The notes under the pieces: model-generated
Seen by the model: only the letters and a program-made list of their open reading frames with translations
Told to the model about the DNA's origin: nothing
Databases searched by the model: none
Shown: one piece after another, positions 31,532 through 44,200 of the stretch
Numbering within the stretch: the first letter of the stretch is position 1
Layout: every line of letters starts with the position of its first letter
Translations under genes and position numbers: made by a program
Assembly (NCBI GenBank): GCA_040285825.1
Contig: JAUPSS010000003.1
Location: forward strand, 558,001-622,000
Direction of reading: 5' to 3'
Source of the DNA: Eukaryota sp. TZLM1-RC
Lineage: Eukaryota > Protista > Metamonada: BaSk clade
DNA: 64,000 nt

Positions 31532-34076
31532 ATGAAAATTATCAAATGTGGTTTGATAAATTTAATTCCTGACCAAAATATTCAAACAATAATTGAATCA
31601 ATGGTTATCAACATTGACAAAATTGTTCGAAGAACTTACTTAATGATGAAACTTCATTATTTGTTTTGTTTTGAAAAGTGCGATGAACCAGTATTACTGT
31701 CAAAAGAGCTGATAGAAGCAACTATATGGGTAGTAAAAAATGTGATAGAAAATATTGTGCTTTGATCTTGAACAAAGATGAAAGAGCCAAAATGGAGGTT
31801 GATACTTGACTTCAAGGGCTATACAAGAGTGTTTCTGGTAAACCACCAGGTCAAACTGCTCAAACTTTGAGACGTATGATTACCCTCGGTTACCCTCGAT
31901 CTATTTTTGCCACTGGTTCATTATTGCTTTGGAAGTCAAAAAAAATCTTATTTCACCAGACAACTACGAAATGGTGTAACCTATCTTTCGGATGTTTGAA
32001 CATGAACTAAATAGTATTCAAACTGTTGACTTTTGTTGAGTATCAGTATCATGCTTGAAAAATTTCTGATTGTTATAAGTAATCCACTCAGAATTCAAAA
32101 ATTTGTTGAGGATTACGTGGTTCAAGAACTTGAGGATAAACAAGAGGAGTCAAACAAAGAAGTTGAAAAATGGAACTCATTACTTTTGGATTTGCAAACT
32201 TCTGATGAGGATTCATTATCAGAGTTTTTATCAAATTCCAGCAGGGACAAAGAATAAGATCAGAAAATTGTGAACACACTAAAAACGTTAACAACAGATT
32301 CCTGTGAATCCCCATTGGAAAAATTCAAGAGTGCCCTTTTACACCAGGTCAAACACCAGTTGTTGGCAAGATACAAATCAATGAAATCATTGTTCGTGTA
32401 TAATCAAAAACTTGAAAACATTTTCACTTCAACAGAATGCAAAACTGTAAATGACATGCTTCAGCCAATAAATTTCAATTTGACCACCCCAAAATCCAAG
32501 TTAAAGAAAGGAAAGCCTAATTTACCTAATATATTTTATGATATACAGGTACATTGGGAAAAAAATCTTAAAAGATCTTTGATACTAATGGCGGACGTCA
32601 GTCGTATTTCTGAAGAATTGTTTAAAAACGCTGAAGGGGGAAAAACCTAATCATTTATTCATTTACAACGTTTCTATTATCAGAGCATCCCTTTCTCCAG
32701 CGTATATGTGGGTTGAAACCAGAAGTATGCAAATCATTATTAATCAATCAAGAAAACTGTCTGGTGAATCCAGTGTACTTCCCATCACAGAGTTTGATGA
32801 TACTCAAGAAAGTGATGATCAAACGATTGACGTTGATTAAATAAATCTCAACACATCGAAAGAAGTACTCAACATGCAGCATAGTGCCATGACCAAAAAT
32901 ACTAATGGTTCCTTTTTTGACGACAGTGTTCTGACAGATGGCTTTGGAGTTTCAGTTCAACACAAGAGGAATGATTTGAAAAAATGTAAAGACAAACAAA
33001 AAGAAAGCGATGAATTATATAATCATGATCTTTGTGCAGACGAACTGAATTCATTAAAAGGTGAGGTCATTGCTGGAATAGACCCTAATGAATATGATAC
33101 CAAACTGGTATCAGTATCAGAAACTCCTATTCCAACAGAAATTCCTCACCAAATCAGTCAATCACATACTGCTGGGATGAGTAATACTGAGTCCAAAGGA
33201 ATTAATATGACTGAAGCAGATAGAAAAAAATTAGAAAAAAAAATGATTTAATGAAAAAAGAGACAAACTAATTATTGAATACCTGACAAATTAGCAGAAT
33301 ATTCCCAAAAAAAACTTTGAATCTCAGCAATTCAAGGAGCACATTAAAATGAAATTACTCCACGATGAATTGCTCTCTCCCATTTACCAAGACCGTCTCT
33401 TTAGGCGCCACACTCTATACAAATATATAAATAAACAAAAGAGTGACGCTGCCTAGGTTAACCGATAAAAAGCAAAGTTGAAGGCTGATGCTCAAAATAT
33501 TGTAATTGGTTTTGGTAATTGGGACGCTGAGACAAACCGCAAAGGTAAAATCAGCACAATTAGAGGTGTTGGGCTAAGAAGAATTCTGAGAAAAGCTGGT
33601 ATAAAAGTATACTTGGTAGACGAGTATCGTACCAGTAAGAGATGTGGTGCTTGTGTTGAGCATCATGGCGAAGGAGATACCAAATGCGATGTAAAGGTCA
33701 AAGATCCAAATGCCTATAAGAGATTCAAATGTAAGAAGAAGAGGTTAAAGAATGACTTGCGAGTGGCTAAAAAACAGTATCATGAAGTTGATTCTATTCA
33801 AAATCTTGAAAACAAAATTGAAGAAGTTAAACACAATTGGAATCTAAAAAAAAGACGATGTCAAACTAGTCCCATGCCACGGACTGCTCCAATGTTAAAA
33901 CAGTGAATGCGGCGTCTATTGGGATAGGGACGTTAACAGTGTTCTGAACATGTACAGGATTACGTACTCTCATATTCATGATAATTGTAGACCAATGGTA
34001 CTGCAACGACCAGTGAGTGTGGGAAAGAATGTTTAGATTTTTAGTATTAAGATTAATTAGTATGGATAGAAACATG
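31532..34076 (+). mobile_element. Near full-length Fanzor1 pseudogene with putative right end
   Basis: N-terminal IIKCGL..MVINIDKIVRRTYLMMKLHYL, SVLTDGFGVSV, RuvC-I AGIDPN, IGFGNW, RuvC-II LVDEYRTSKRCGAC, HGLLQC, RuvC-III WDRDVNSVLNM; many stops and frameshifts. Confidence 0.88.
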
Positions 34077-34142
34077 TATATTTTGAGATCAACTCGATTC
34101 ATCTTCATTCCTTCACACATTACATTTCTGTCACATTATCAT

Positions 34143-35171
34143 ATGTCTTTGGATGAAGACATTCTTGATGGAGATATACCACTGTCGCCTCTTTCCCCTC
34201 TCAGTCCTTTTTGCTTCTCACAATCTTCACTGTCCTCACAGCCTTCAAAGGATACAGATACTCCTGTACAGTCTGCAACGATTCCTGATGCTGCCACTTC
34301 TACAACCACGGCCTCAAACCCAATAAAAGACCAATCAACAACATCTACCACAACCCCTTCTGACTCTTCTCTTGTTCACCCTGGTACATACCCTTCTATT
34401 TCAAACTTTTCTACTCAATGGTCCCATTTTCCTTATTTTCAACCTAACTGTGCGCCCTTTCCATTTCCTCAACCACCTCCTCCAGGAACCCAACCAGTGC
34501 AGATTCCTTTCTTTCCTTTCCCTGCATCTCCTTACGTGAACCCTGAACCCACAATACCAGCGACGACAGATATTACCCCTTCTACAACCCCTACCGTTTC
34601 AGCACCGCAGTCTCAGGAAGCCAAACGACCAAGAAAGAGGAAATCTTCAGAACTATCCCCAACACTTCTTTCTATCTCAAAATATAAGCAATTAGTTTCT
34701 GAAGGAAAAGATGAGCTTGAAGTAGTTGAAATGATCTTAAACAATCCAGACGGCTGTACTTCTCAGCAGTTGAATGAGTTAAAGAAAAGGAGAAGATTGT
34801 TAAAGAATAGAAATTCTGCTTCTCTCTCCAGAGCTAGGAGGAGGTGTGAATTTGATGTCATGAAAAAGGAATTGACTCAACTTAAACAACAATATGAATC
34901 TTTAAAGCAACAAAATTTAATATTAAGTCAAGAAAATCGACATTTGCAACAGACTGTTGGTTATTTTCAGCAGTGGATTCAAGCAGTGTCAAATAGTGGA
35001 ATATCATCAAAGACACCACCTGCTCCTTCCTCATTAATTGACCAGAAAGAAAATCCGAAAACCTCAATCGTTCCATATGAGAAACCAAGGAAAGAACCAA
35101 GAACAGAAATGTCTAACAATTGTTTGTTTGGTGAAGTGGAAGAGGAAGGATTGGATTTGGAAGAAACGTAG
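34143..35171 (+). CDS. bZIP transcription factor
   Basis: KKRRRLLKNRNSASLSRARRR basic region plus leucine heptads; Pro/Ser/Thr-rich N-terminus. Confidence 0.9.
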   Translation: MSLDEDILDGDIPLSPLSPLSPFCFSQSSLSSQPSKDTDTPVQSATIPDAATSTTTASNPIKDQSTTSTTTPSDSSLVHPGTYPSISNFSTQWSHFPYFQPNCAPFPFPQPPPPGTQPVQIPFFPFPASPYVNPEPTIPATTDITPSTTPTVSAPQSQEAKRPRKRKSSELSPTLLSISKYKQLVSEGKDELEVVEMILNNPDGCTSQQLNELKKRRRLLKNRNSASLSRARRRCEFDVMKKELTQLKQQYESLKQQNLILSQENRHLQQTVGYFQQWIQAVSNSGISSKTPPAPSSLIDQKENPKTSIVPYEKPRKEPRTEMSNNCLFGEVEEEGLDLEET

Positions 35172-35310
35172 TTGACTTCATTGAAATTGAATTCAAGATT
35201 TTATTTTCTAAAATATAAAAAAATTATTTGGATATTATGATTAATGTTTTTAAAAATAAATGAAAATACTAAATTTAATTATTGAATTTTAAGACTAAAA
35301 CTATTTAAAA

Positions 35311-36954
35311 CTATTTTCCGTAAGGATTATCAGCACTAAACATTCCAGGTCTTTTACCTTTACTTTTTCCCTTCTTCCCTGCAAAGACAGATAAATCGAC
35401 TGCAGGAGGTGTCTGAAACCCAAAACCTTTTGCCACACCAACCAAATCTAAAGAATTAACATCAAAAACATTTTTTAGGCTATGGGAAGCATAAGCTTGG
35501 ATATACGCTCTGAAGCCATCTCTTGCAGACTTGTGAAGAGCAAAGTTCTTTGAAACAAGCCGCTCTATCTGAAGTTGTAAACTTTTTTGAAGTTTGTTCT
35601 TGGGTAATTCAAATTCAAACAAAGGAACTCTTGCCTTTTTCAAAAATTTCAAAAATTCCAACTCTGAAGGCATTAAAAATAACAACGCCTTTCCTGCATT
35701 GTTTCCTCCCCTTCCTGTTCTTCCAACTCTATGAATGTACTCCCTAGGATCATCAGGAGGATCGTACTGCAAGATCCAATCAACTGAAGGAATGTCAAGA
35801 CCTCGAGCAGCAACATCAGTACACAACAAGATACCAGATTCAGCGTTGATAAAGGAAAAAAAGGTTTGAGTTCTTTTTTGTTGCTTTTGCTTTCCATGAA
35901 GAGCCATCACTGGAAAATCAATGTAATTGAACAATTCTGAATAAAAAGCAACGGCTGCACAAGTAGAAAAAAACACAATTACCTTTTTCTTCTTGTTTTT
36001 CCTCAAAAAGGTAAATAACAACAATAAACGCATTTCGCCAGGACAAACGACATAGCCTTGCTCCAGTCCATCAACTGTGGCTTCGTCTCTGTTATCGTCA
36101 ACCCCCACATAGACAACTTCTTTAGGACGGAGGGCAAGTTTAGCAAGGGTGTTTACTTTGTCTGTTTGAGTAGCAGAAAAGAAAAGAGTCTGTCGATCTC
36201 TAGGTAACTTTTTTATAATAGACTTCATTTCTTGCTCAAATCCCACATCAAGACATCTATCGGCCTCGTCCACCACAAAAAGAGACAACCTTGAGTAGTT
36301 AAAGCCTTCAGTGTTGTTCAAATGATCCAAGACCCTTCCCGGGGTACCTACAACCAGATTAACCCCCTTTCGAAGTTTATCAGCTTCCACATTACGATTG
36401 GCACCTCCCATTACAAGGCCATGGGTGTGTGAAAACCCTGTGAGGAGGTCCCTCGCCACACCATAAATCTGAAGAGCAAGTTCTCTAGTAGGGGATAAGA
36501 TTAAGACAGCAGTTCCATGGCGATGATTGAACCCTCCACGGTGAAGGATTTCAAGTGCAGGGAGAAGAAATGCCAGTGTCTTTCCAGAACCTGTTCTAGC
36601 AGAGCCAAGAATATCCTTTCCAGATAAGGAAGGGGCTAGTGATTGTGCTTGGATCTTGGTCATAACTTCCATGCCCATTGTGGATAGCGATTGTTTGATT
36701 TTTTCTGAAATATCAAGAGAATCAAAACGAACAGGTGTAAAGATAGAAGAGTCATTGGAGGGAGTGGTAGTGGTAGTGGATGTTTCAGTAGACGAACCCA
36801 TGGCACCCTGCTCGGTTTCCAGATTGGAAGGAGTAGGATCTTCAACAGGAGAAGTTTCAGGCAAAGACACATGCTCCACCGAAGAAGTGTCTTCCTCGAC
36901 CTTACGAGGCTTCTTGGAAGTACTCCTTGATCTGGTCCTTCGTGTTGAAGGCAT
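35311..36954 (-). CDS. HAS1: DEAD-box RNA helicase HAS1/DDX18
   Basis: ARTGSGKT, PTRELA, DEAD, SAT, YDPPDDPREYIHRVGRT, YASHSLK. Confidence 0.95.
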   Translation of the reverse strand: MPSTRRTRSRSTSKKPRKVEEDTSSVEHVSLPETSPVEDPTPSNLETEQGAMGSSTETSTTTTTPSNDSSIFTPVRFDSLDISEKIKQSLSTMGMEVMTKIQAQSLAPSLSGKDILGSARTGSGKTLAFLLPALEILHRGGFNHRHGTAVLILSPTRELALQIYGVARDLLTGFSHTHGLVMGGANRNVEADKLRKGVNLVVGTPGRVLDHLNNTEGFNYSRLSLFVVDEADRCLDVGFEQEMKSIIKKLPRDRQTLFFSATQTDKVNTLAKLALRPKEVVYVGVDDNRDEATVDGLEQGYVVCPGEMRLLLLFTFLRKNKKKKVIVFFSTCAAVAFYSELFNYIDFPVMALHGKQKQQKRTQTFFSFINAESGILLCTDVAARGLDIPSVDWILQYDPPDDPREYIHRVGRTGRGGNNAGKALLFLMPSELEFLKFLKKARVPLFEFELPKNKLQKSLQLQIERLVSKNFALHKSARDGFRAYIQAYASHSLKNVFDVNSLDLVGVAKGFGFQTPPAVDLSVFAGKKGKSKGKRPGMFSADNPYGK

Positions 36955-37309
36955 TGGAAAGTGTGTAAGTGAAAATACTTGTTTTAAATTGAACCTTTCG
37001 CTGACCTTTTTCACTTTGTATTATGTTCTGTCACAATTTACTATATCTCGTTAGCTGAAACACTTCTTTTTTCGAAAATTTGTCCACGAATCGGTCTAGT
37101 TTGACACAATGGTCTTAGTGGACCTGTTTAACTGTTAAGATAGTCTTCATCTTAACTATAAACATCTTTTTATAGATATTGTTCGAGGAATTCGTCCCAG
37201 AAATTTTACAATAAAATGATTGAATAATTTTTTGAGTACTAGAAAGGTACACGTGCATCAGCTGTACAACATGATATCTACATTAGCTGTTTTGTTTGGA
37301 CGAAATTGC

Positions 37310-37666
37310 ATGAACCAAGATTTCCTCTAAAAAATCTTGATCTGCCCGCTGCCTAGCTAAAGCTTCTCTTATTCGATTGAAAAACCGAAATAATCTATTA
37401 GTAATGGCAAATTGAATCCGAGAGCGCCATAAAAAGATATTAAATCTTTTCATTGTATTTTCTAGAAATATTTTTTGGAAGTCATTCAAAAAAATTGCTG
37501 CTTCTGCTGATAGTCTTCCGTTTATCGAAAATGGAAAAGCAATAAAAACAAGAGGTCTATTTCTATCAGCATTAGCTTCTTCGATATCTTTGTCATATTT
37601 TCTATGTTCTTCTTTAGCTTTGAATTCAAGAACACTTACAGGATTAAGATTTATTCTTTGAACCAA
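37310..37666 (-). mobile_element. Subfamily C retrotransposon fragment
   Basis: KAKEEHRKY..FPFSINGRL..QDFLEEILV. Confidence 0.85.
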
Positions 37667-37774
37667 AGGGGAAAAAATTTAGAATAATACGTTTAGCTTC
37701 TCACAAAGGTTCTAAATTTCTTGAGGTGCCTTCACAAACCACTGAAAAAGAAAAGAAAATCAAACAATCCTTTT

Positions 37775-38305
37775 TTGATACATTGTTTATTCAAACAAAA
37801 TTATAAAAAACTAAAAAACAAACTCCTCATACTCCACATCTACTATAGAAAACTTACCTACAGCTTTTTTTTCATACAATTTTCCTAGTGGTAACAACGA
37901 GCTAGAAACAAGACTATACATTCCCTTAAAAATAGAATATACAATTCTGTTTTGCCAAAAGGTTCGGTCAAATATTCTTCCAGTTCCATTTTTGCCAATA
38001 GATGAGAAACCGTCCAACAAGGATGACACAGTTTTACCCAAGGTTCCAAATTAAGAAAAAGCAAAAGGACTAGATCAGATTATTGATTTTTTCTGTGTAC
38101 TCAATAATTTTCGCCTCTTCTGCTCTCCGTAAAGGTGAATTTTAAGATTGAGCCAGTTTTTCATTTGAGATGTTTGATACATCAGTAGATCTTACATCAA
38201 TAATGGTCATTGATCCATCAAGTCCGGGAACTAGCACATCACCACGGTTGTCACCAAAAAAATTTCTGTCAGGTTCATCAGCAAAATTTGAAAACAAAGG
38301 TTCTA
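37775..38305 (-). mobile_element. Subfamily D retrotransposon fragment (RLE)
   Basis: NRGDASSRT/IIDVRSTDV remnants, FWQNRIVYSIFKG, ends VEYEEFVF; related to 40419-41010. Confidence 0.75.
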
Positions 38306-38413
38306 AAAAAATCAAAAAACGAAATGAAAAGTGACAAAACCAGAGAAGTACAGTTGAAGGGTACTAAAATATGCCCTGTCGAAAACGCAGACAACTACTC
38401 GAAAAAATAGCTG

Positions 38414-38720
38414 AAAAGCCCCTCATCAGCATTGATCTGGGCTAATCTAGATTATGTGGTTACTTCTTAAATGATAATCAATGTGGACTTATCCCTTGTC
38501 CAACTGGCGGGAGATACATGACAAAACCTTCACCCAGTCAACACTCCGTCAACCAATATTCGAACTAATGGAATTTGGTGAGGAGGAAATACTTGGAAAG
38601 TAATCACCAGAAATGGAAAATAATTAAATTTGATAACCTGGCTGGAAAGATACATCTGCCCAGAAGCTTTGTGGAGGAGATGAATGGGGAACCTGAACAA
38701 ACAGAAACTAAAACATTTGA
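38414..38720 (+). mobile_element. Possible Fanzor RuvC-I remnant
   Basis: KPLISIDLG* followed by a long, near-open frame; only one motif. Confidence 0.25.
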
Positions 38721-39646
38721 AAAACTTCCATTTTTAATTTTGTAACTAGTTTTGCATGTAGTCAGTCTATTATTTTATTTTCACTTTTTTTCAAAATTTT
38801 TGAGACCAATGTATAAATGCATTAATAGCAATTGGTAAATCCACTTAGATGCATCAAGTTGCGAGGCTTTGTTCTGTGAAAGCAGTAGGTGTATTTAAGT
38901 GAGGTAGCCCATTGATGAAGATCATGATTGTCTTTGTCAAATGATGCTACATGTCTCTTACAGCCTGTGAGTAGACACTGAGGGAGTTGAAAACAGGAGT
39001 GAATTTCACAGGGGAATGTATGATATGTGAAATTCACCGTAAGACTCCAAAGAAATTTTGCAAATTTTATATAAATGAGTAAAAAAGATTAGAAAAAAGT
39101 TGTTCACCGTATGATTATATTTTCAGACTAAACGACAACAGTGGATGAGCAATGTTATTTCTTAAATGGTCACCAAATCCATCCGCAAAAAAACCTATTC
39201 TTATTCTTGAAGGTTCAACGAAGCCACATAGTTTAACGCAGAGTATTAAACAGTAAGCACAACACTTGTTTTTAGGCAATCCAAACTAACCTTTTACATG
39301 TTCTTCATTATCATCATCTTTTGCTTTGAAAACATCTTTTTTCAATTCCTGTTAATAGCAGGTCTACTATAATGTAATATTTTAGATACAAAATTCACCA
39401 ATGATAAAGTACTCAAGTTTAAATCACATCAAAGTAATTCTAGTATAGTCAATGGAGATTTCTTGCACATTCACCATCTAAAATAAGATTCACTAAAAAG
39501 TTGTCATTCTTCCAACTGAAATGCTCAATTCAGGGAATGGTTGTCATGGATGTAGATACCAATGGCATTAAGTCATCTTGTTGTTTGGCCCTTGAAAGAA
39601 TTGTAATTGTATAAGAAATGAAAAGAGACCGAAAACAATATTTTAA

Positions 39647-40366
39647 TTACACGAAATAACTAGCCTTAGGCTTTCTGCTTGAAACTAGGAATCCCAACGC
39701 CTTTTCAACAACATCCAAGGCTTCAATTTCTACCTCAAACTCTTTCAGTAACATTCCCATTGCTCTTTTCAAAGAGTCCTTCACCTCACCATAGACATCA
39801 AGAACACTGTGAGCATCTCTAACAACCAAGCAGTGAGCTAGTGATCCATATAAGGTAGATTTTATCATTATGGCAGCAGGAAGAGCATGAAGAGAAAATC
39901 TCTGGGGCAACATTGGGAGGTTGGTAGTGGAAGAGGACAAGGAACTCAGTGCAGGAAGAAGATCAGAGAACAAAAGTTGGGAAATTGAATAGATTTGTGT
40001 TTTGTAATTTAAAAGATAATTGGCCAAATACCAATCCAATTCAGACGCTTCTTTGAGAAGTGTTGAACAGATTAACAAGGAATAGTCTGGGAAGTGGTAA
40101 AGGGAAATAGCTGGCTGGTTATTGTATTTTATGGTTTGTTGATAAATATTGATACTTGATGGGTCGGACCGTAAAGTATTAGCGAATGCAGTTGCGAGAG
40201 AAACCCCAATATCACCAGATGTTGCAAGAATATGCTTGACTTCTGTATATTGTGGTAATTCTGGTAAGACAGGAGGAGAAGATTGGTCTTCTTCCAGAGC
40301 ATCAAGTACTATTGGATGATATGTGACTGTGGGAGTAGCTTGTTGGAGAAAGATCGAGACGGACAT
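39647..40366 (-). CDS. Probable proteasome assembly chaperone 1 (PAC1/PSMG1-like)
   Basis: LPMLPQRFSLHALPAAIM resembles the PSMG1 C-terminal motif; size is appropriate. Confidence 0.5.
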   Translation of the reverse strand: MSVSIFLQQATPTVTYHPIVLDALEEDQSSPPVLPELPQYTEVKHILATSGDIGVSLATAFANTLRSDPSSINIYQQTIKYNNQPAISLYHFPDYSLLICSTLLKEASELDWYLANYLLNYKTQIYSISQLLFSDLLPALSSLSSSTTNLPMLPQRFSLHALPAAIMIKSTLYGSLAHCLVVRDAHSVLDVYGEVKDSLKRAMGMLLKEFEVEIEALDVVEKALGFLVSSRKPKASYFV

Positions 40367-40424
40367 TTCTTGGTGACACTGGTTTGCAAATGCTTTTTGT
40401 GTTTAAAATTATTATGTTGTGGTG

Positions 40425-41045
40425 TCATTTCAACTCTATTGTATGTCAAAATCACACAGAATTGTTTCCTATTTAGAACCATTACTTTCCCGTTTGGTTG
40501 ATGAAGATGCTTTGAATTCGTTCGGTCGAAATAGCGGTGATTTAATGCTTGAAGGTCTTGAAGGTACTACTATTATTACAGATGTGAGATCCACTGATGT
40601 TTGTAATGATTCTTTTATTCCAATGGCTCAATCAAAATATAGGAACCCCTTTACTGTTTCCGAAAAAGCCAAAATTGAGAAATACAAAGCAAAATTGTTA
40701 TCCTTGAATGCAGAATCGCATACTAATTATGTCCTCTGTCCATTTGCAGTTTCCCTTCATGGCACGCTTGGACCTCTTGCTTTGTCTTATCTGGATGATT
40801 TTGTTGAAATTGTGAAACAACGTACTGGAAGAGTTTTTGGCAAGAGTTTTTGGCAATACAGAATTGTATTTTCAATTTTCAAAGGTGTTGTTCCCCTATT
40901 ATCTTCGGCTTAGTTATCTCTTGGACGCGTTTATGAAACAAAAACTTCCAGTCAATTCTTCTTGGCTGATTTGGGTTATGAAGACATAGAATTTTAACCT
41001 TGTTGTATAGTTTTTTTATTGTAATAAAAAAAATTAAAAAAAAGT
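40425..41045 (+). mobile_element. 5'-truncated subfamily D retrotransposon
   Basis: QLYCMSKSH, SGDLML, ITDVRSTD, EKAKIEKY, PFAVSLHG; A-rich tail. Confidence 0.85.
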
Positions 41046-41280
41046 AACAATACAATAAATTTTGAGACAAGAACTACTATTCTACCATCAGCAACTCAAA
41101 TCTTCATGTATTCGTCAAGTAGTTTAATTCTAAACAACTGAAGTTTTTGCTTTATAATGAAAACAATAAGCCTTCAGTCTCTCAAACCAAAATGTTGAGT
41201 ATTCAAGTCTTTCTTAAAACAAAGTCTTTCCCTAACTTCCTACTTCTTCATATCCATTCTTTATCCCCTCTTTTGGACCT

Positions 41281-44200
41281 ATGGTCTATGACATTGTACG
41301 TTCTGATGCAATACCTAAACAAATGTATGTTCCTTCACACGAACCAACTGTAGTACAAAACTTCAATTTGGTTTACTGACACCAACTGAAATACAACAAA
41401 TGTCTGAACTTGAGGTTGTACATAAAGAACTCTATGACCCATCCACCCGTAACCCTAAACCTCATGGTATGCTTGATAGACGTCTTGGTATCGCAAACAA
41501 AACTACTTGTTGTCAAACCTGTGGTCTCCTTCTTGCTGACTGTGTTGGCCACTATGCTTTCTTAGATCTACCCCTCCCTGTCTTCCACATTGGTCATCTT
41601 CGAGCTATCCAAAACATCCTTCAGTCCATATGTAAGGTTTGCTCAAGATGCTTATTACCACCTGATCTTGCAAACAAGTACAGACCCATACTTAAAAATC
41701 CTGATCTTGAATACGATAAAAGAAAAGCTATTGCAAAGATGTTGTTGACAACCTGCAAAAAGACTTTCAACTGTCTCTATTGTGAGCATATCAATGGTTC
41801 AATTAAAAAGGTACCACCACTCTGTTTAAATCACGTTATTGATAGGGAAACCAAAGAATTGACTCCTTTGATTGTGTTTCAACTGTTCCAAAACATTCCA
41901 GACCAAGATGTGCTACTCTTTGGAATGATTCCATCTCAATCTAGACCAGAGCACTTATTGTTTTCAAGGGTCCTAGTGCCTCCTGTTTGCATCCGTCCTT
42001 CCGTGACCACCGACATGTCTGGTGGTTCTAATGAAGATGATCTCACAGTCAAGCTAGCAGAGGTCTTGCATATAAGCGGAATGGTTAAGGACAAAATGGA
42101 TAAAGGTTTGAGTGCCAACAATATTTTTGAGTTGTGGAGTTATTTGTCACAGCAATTAGGTTTGTATATCAACTCTGAGTCCCCTGGTCTAGCACCTGTT
42201 GGTTTTGGAAAGACAAAACCAATTAGGGCTCTTTGTCAACGACTCAAAGGAAAACACGGGAGGTTTAGGGGTAATCTCAGTGGTAAAAGAGTTGATTTCA
42301 GTGGAAGAACGGTTATTTCACCAGATCCAAACCTTGCAATCTCTCAAGTGGGAGTTCCTGTGTTAGTTGCCAAGGTGCTGACGTTTCCAGAGACGGTCAA
42401 TAAAGGTAATGTTGAGCGATTGAGAAGTTTTGTTTTGAATGGAGCTTATAAGTATCCTGGTGCTAATTATATTGTTCAAGCTGATGGTATAAGAAAGTGG
42501 TTAGCATTTGGTGATTTAGAGAAAGCTGCTAGATCAATCAAATATGGTGACGTGATTGAACGGCATCTGATCGATGATGACGTGGTTCTTTTTAACCGCC
42601 AACCGTCTCTTCATACTCTCTCTATAATGGCACACAGGGTCAGAGTTCACCCCCATCGTACATTTAGGTTCAACGAATGTGTATGTACCCCTTACAATGC
42701 TGATTTTGATGGTGATGAAATGAACCTTCACGTACCTCAAACTTATGAAGCGAAAGCTGAGGCCGTTCACCTGATGGCAAGCACAAAGAATATTGTTACC
42801 CCGAAGAATGGAGAGCCTTTGATTGCTGCCACTCAGGATTTTATTACTACTGCTTTCTTAATTACTCAGAAAGATGTGTTTTATGATCGAATCACCTTTT
42901 GTAACATTATTTCTTTTTGTTATGATGCTAGTGAGCGAATCGAATTACCCCCTCCTAGTATAATTAAACCAAAAGCACTGTGGACTGGAAAGCAGGTGAT
43001 TTCTATTCTTTTAAGACCAAGAAAATCAATTCCTACCAAGTTTCACCTTGAAGTTGAAGGAAAGTCATACGTCAAGGGCAGAGGCGTGGAGTGTCCAGCT
43101 GATGGTTATGTTGTCATTAGGAACGGGGAATTACTGCTCGGTAATCTTGATAAAACACTAACTGGAGGATCTAAGAAGAGTTTATTCTACTCGCTCAATA
43201 TGAGAAATTCTTCAGAAACAGCTGCAAGAGCCATGCTTTTACTATCCAAACTTTCTGGTCGCTGGATCGGAACCAGGGGGTTTTCCATTGGTGTTGGCGA
43301 TGTTTCTCCATCAGATAGATTAGAGTTACTCAAGGAAGACCTACTTATCCAGGGTTATAAGCATTGTGATGAGTTGATTTCAAAGTTTCTTTCAGGGGAT
43401 TTGATTCCGCAACCAGGCTGCAACGCTGAACAAACCCTTGAAGCACAGATTAATGGTACCCTATCTCAAATCAGAGAAGATGTTGGTAAGGTTTGTTTGA
43501 AGGAACTTCACCACACAAATGCTCCTTTAATTATGGCTGTCTGTGGATCAAAGGGTTCTACCATCAACATTTCCCAAATGGTTGCTTGTGTGGGTCAACA
43601 GACTGTTTCTGGAGGTCGAGCTCCCAATGGATTCCAAGATCGAACCCTGCCACACTTCAAGTTATTTGACAAGTCTCCTAATGCAAAGGGTTTTGTCGCC
43701 AATTCTTTCTTTTCCGGCCTCACCGCACCAGAGTTCTTCTTTCATACAATGGCAGGGAGAGAAGGCTTGGTGGATACCGCTGTCAAGACGGCTGACACTG
43801 GTTATATGCAGAGAAGACTTATGAAGGCCTTTGAAGATGTCGTTGTCTGTTATGACGGAACGGTCCGCACCTCTGATAAAGGAATTGTACAGTTCAGCTA
43901 TGGAGGAGATGCTTTAGATCCTGCTCTGATGGAGTCTGATTCAGTCTTGGTTGATTTCCAAAAGTCATTGGACTGTGTAAGGCTTGAGTGTACAGGTTCG
44001 GAAGGTGACGTCATGTTAACCTCATCAAATCTACTTGATTACGCACGATTGATTCTTCCTAGTTTTGAAATTGAGCTCACTTTGTCACGTGACATTTTGA
44101 GTCCATCAGATTTGATTGAAGTGAGTCATTGGGAGAAGCTTGAATCTTGTGTGTTTGTTAACCAAATATGGCAATTTCTGCACAACTTGACCATCAAACT

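Noticed and set aside
41340-41400. Apparent frameshift at the RPC1 N-terminus
   Set aside because: Explained by a 29-nt intron that restores the conserved N-terminus.
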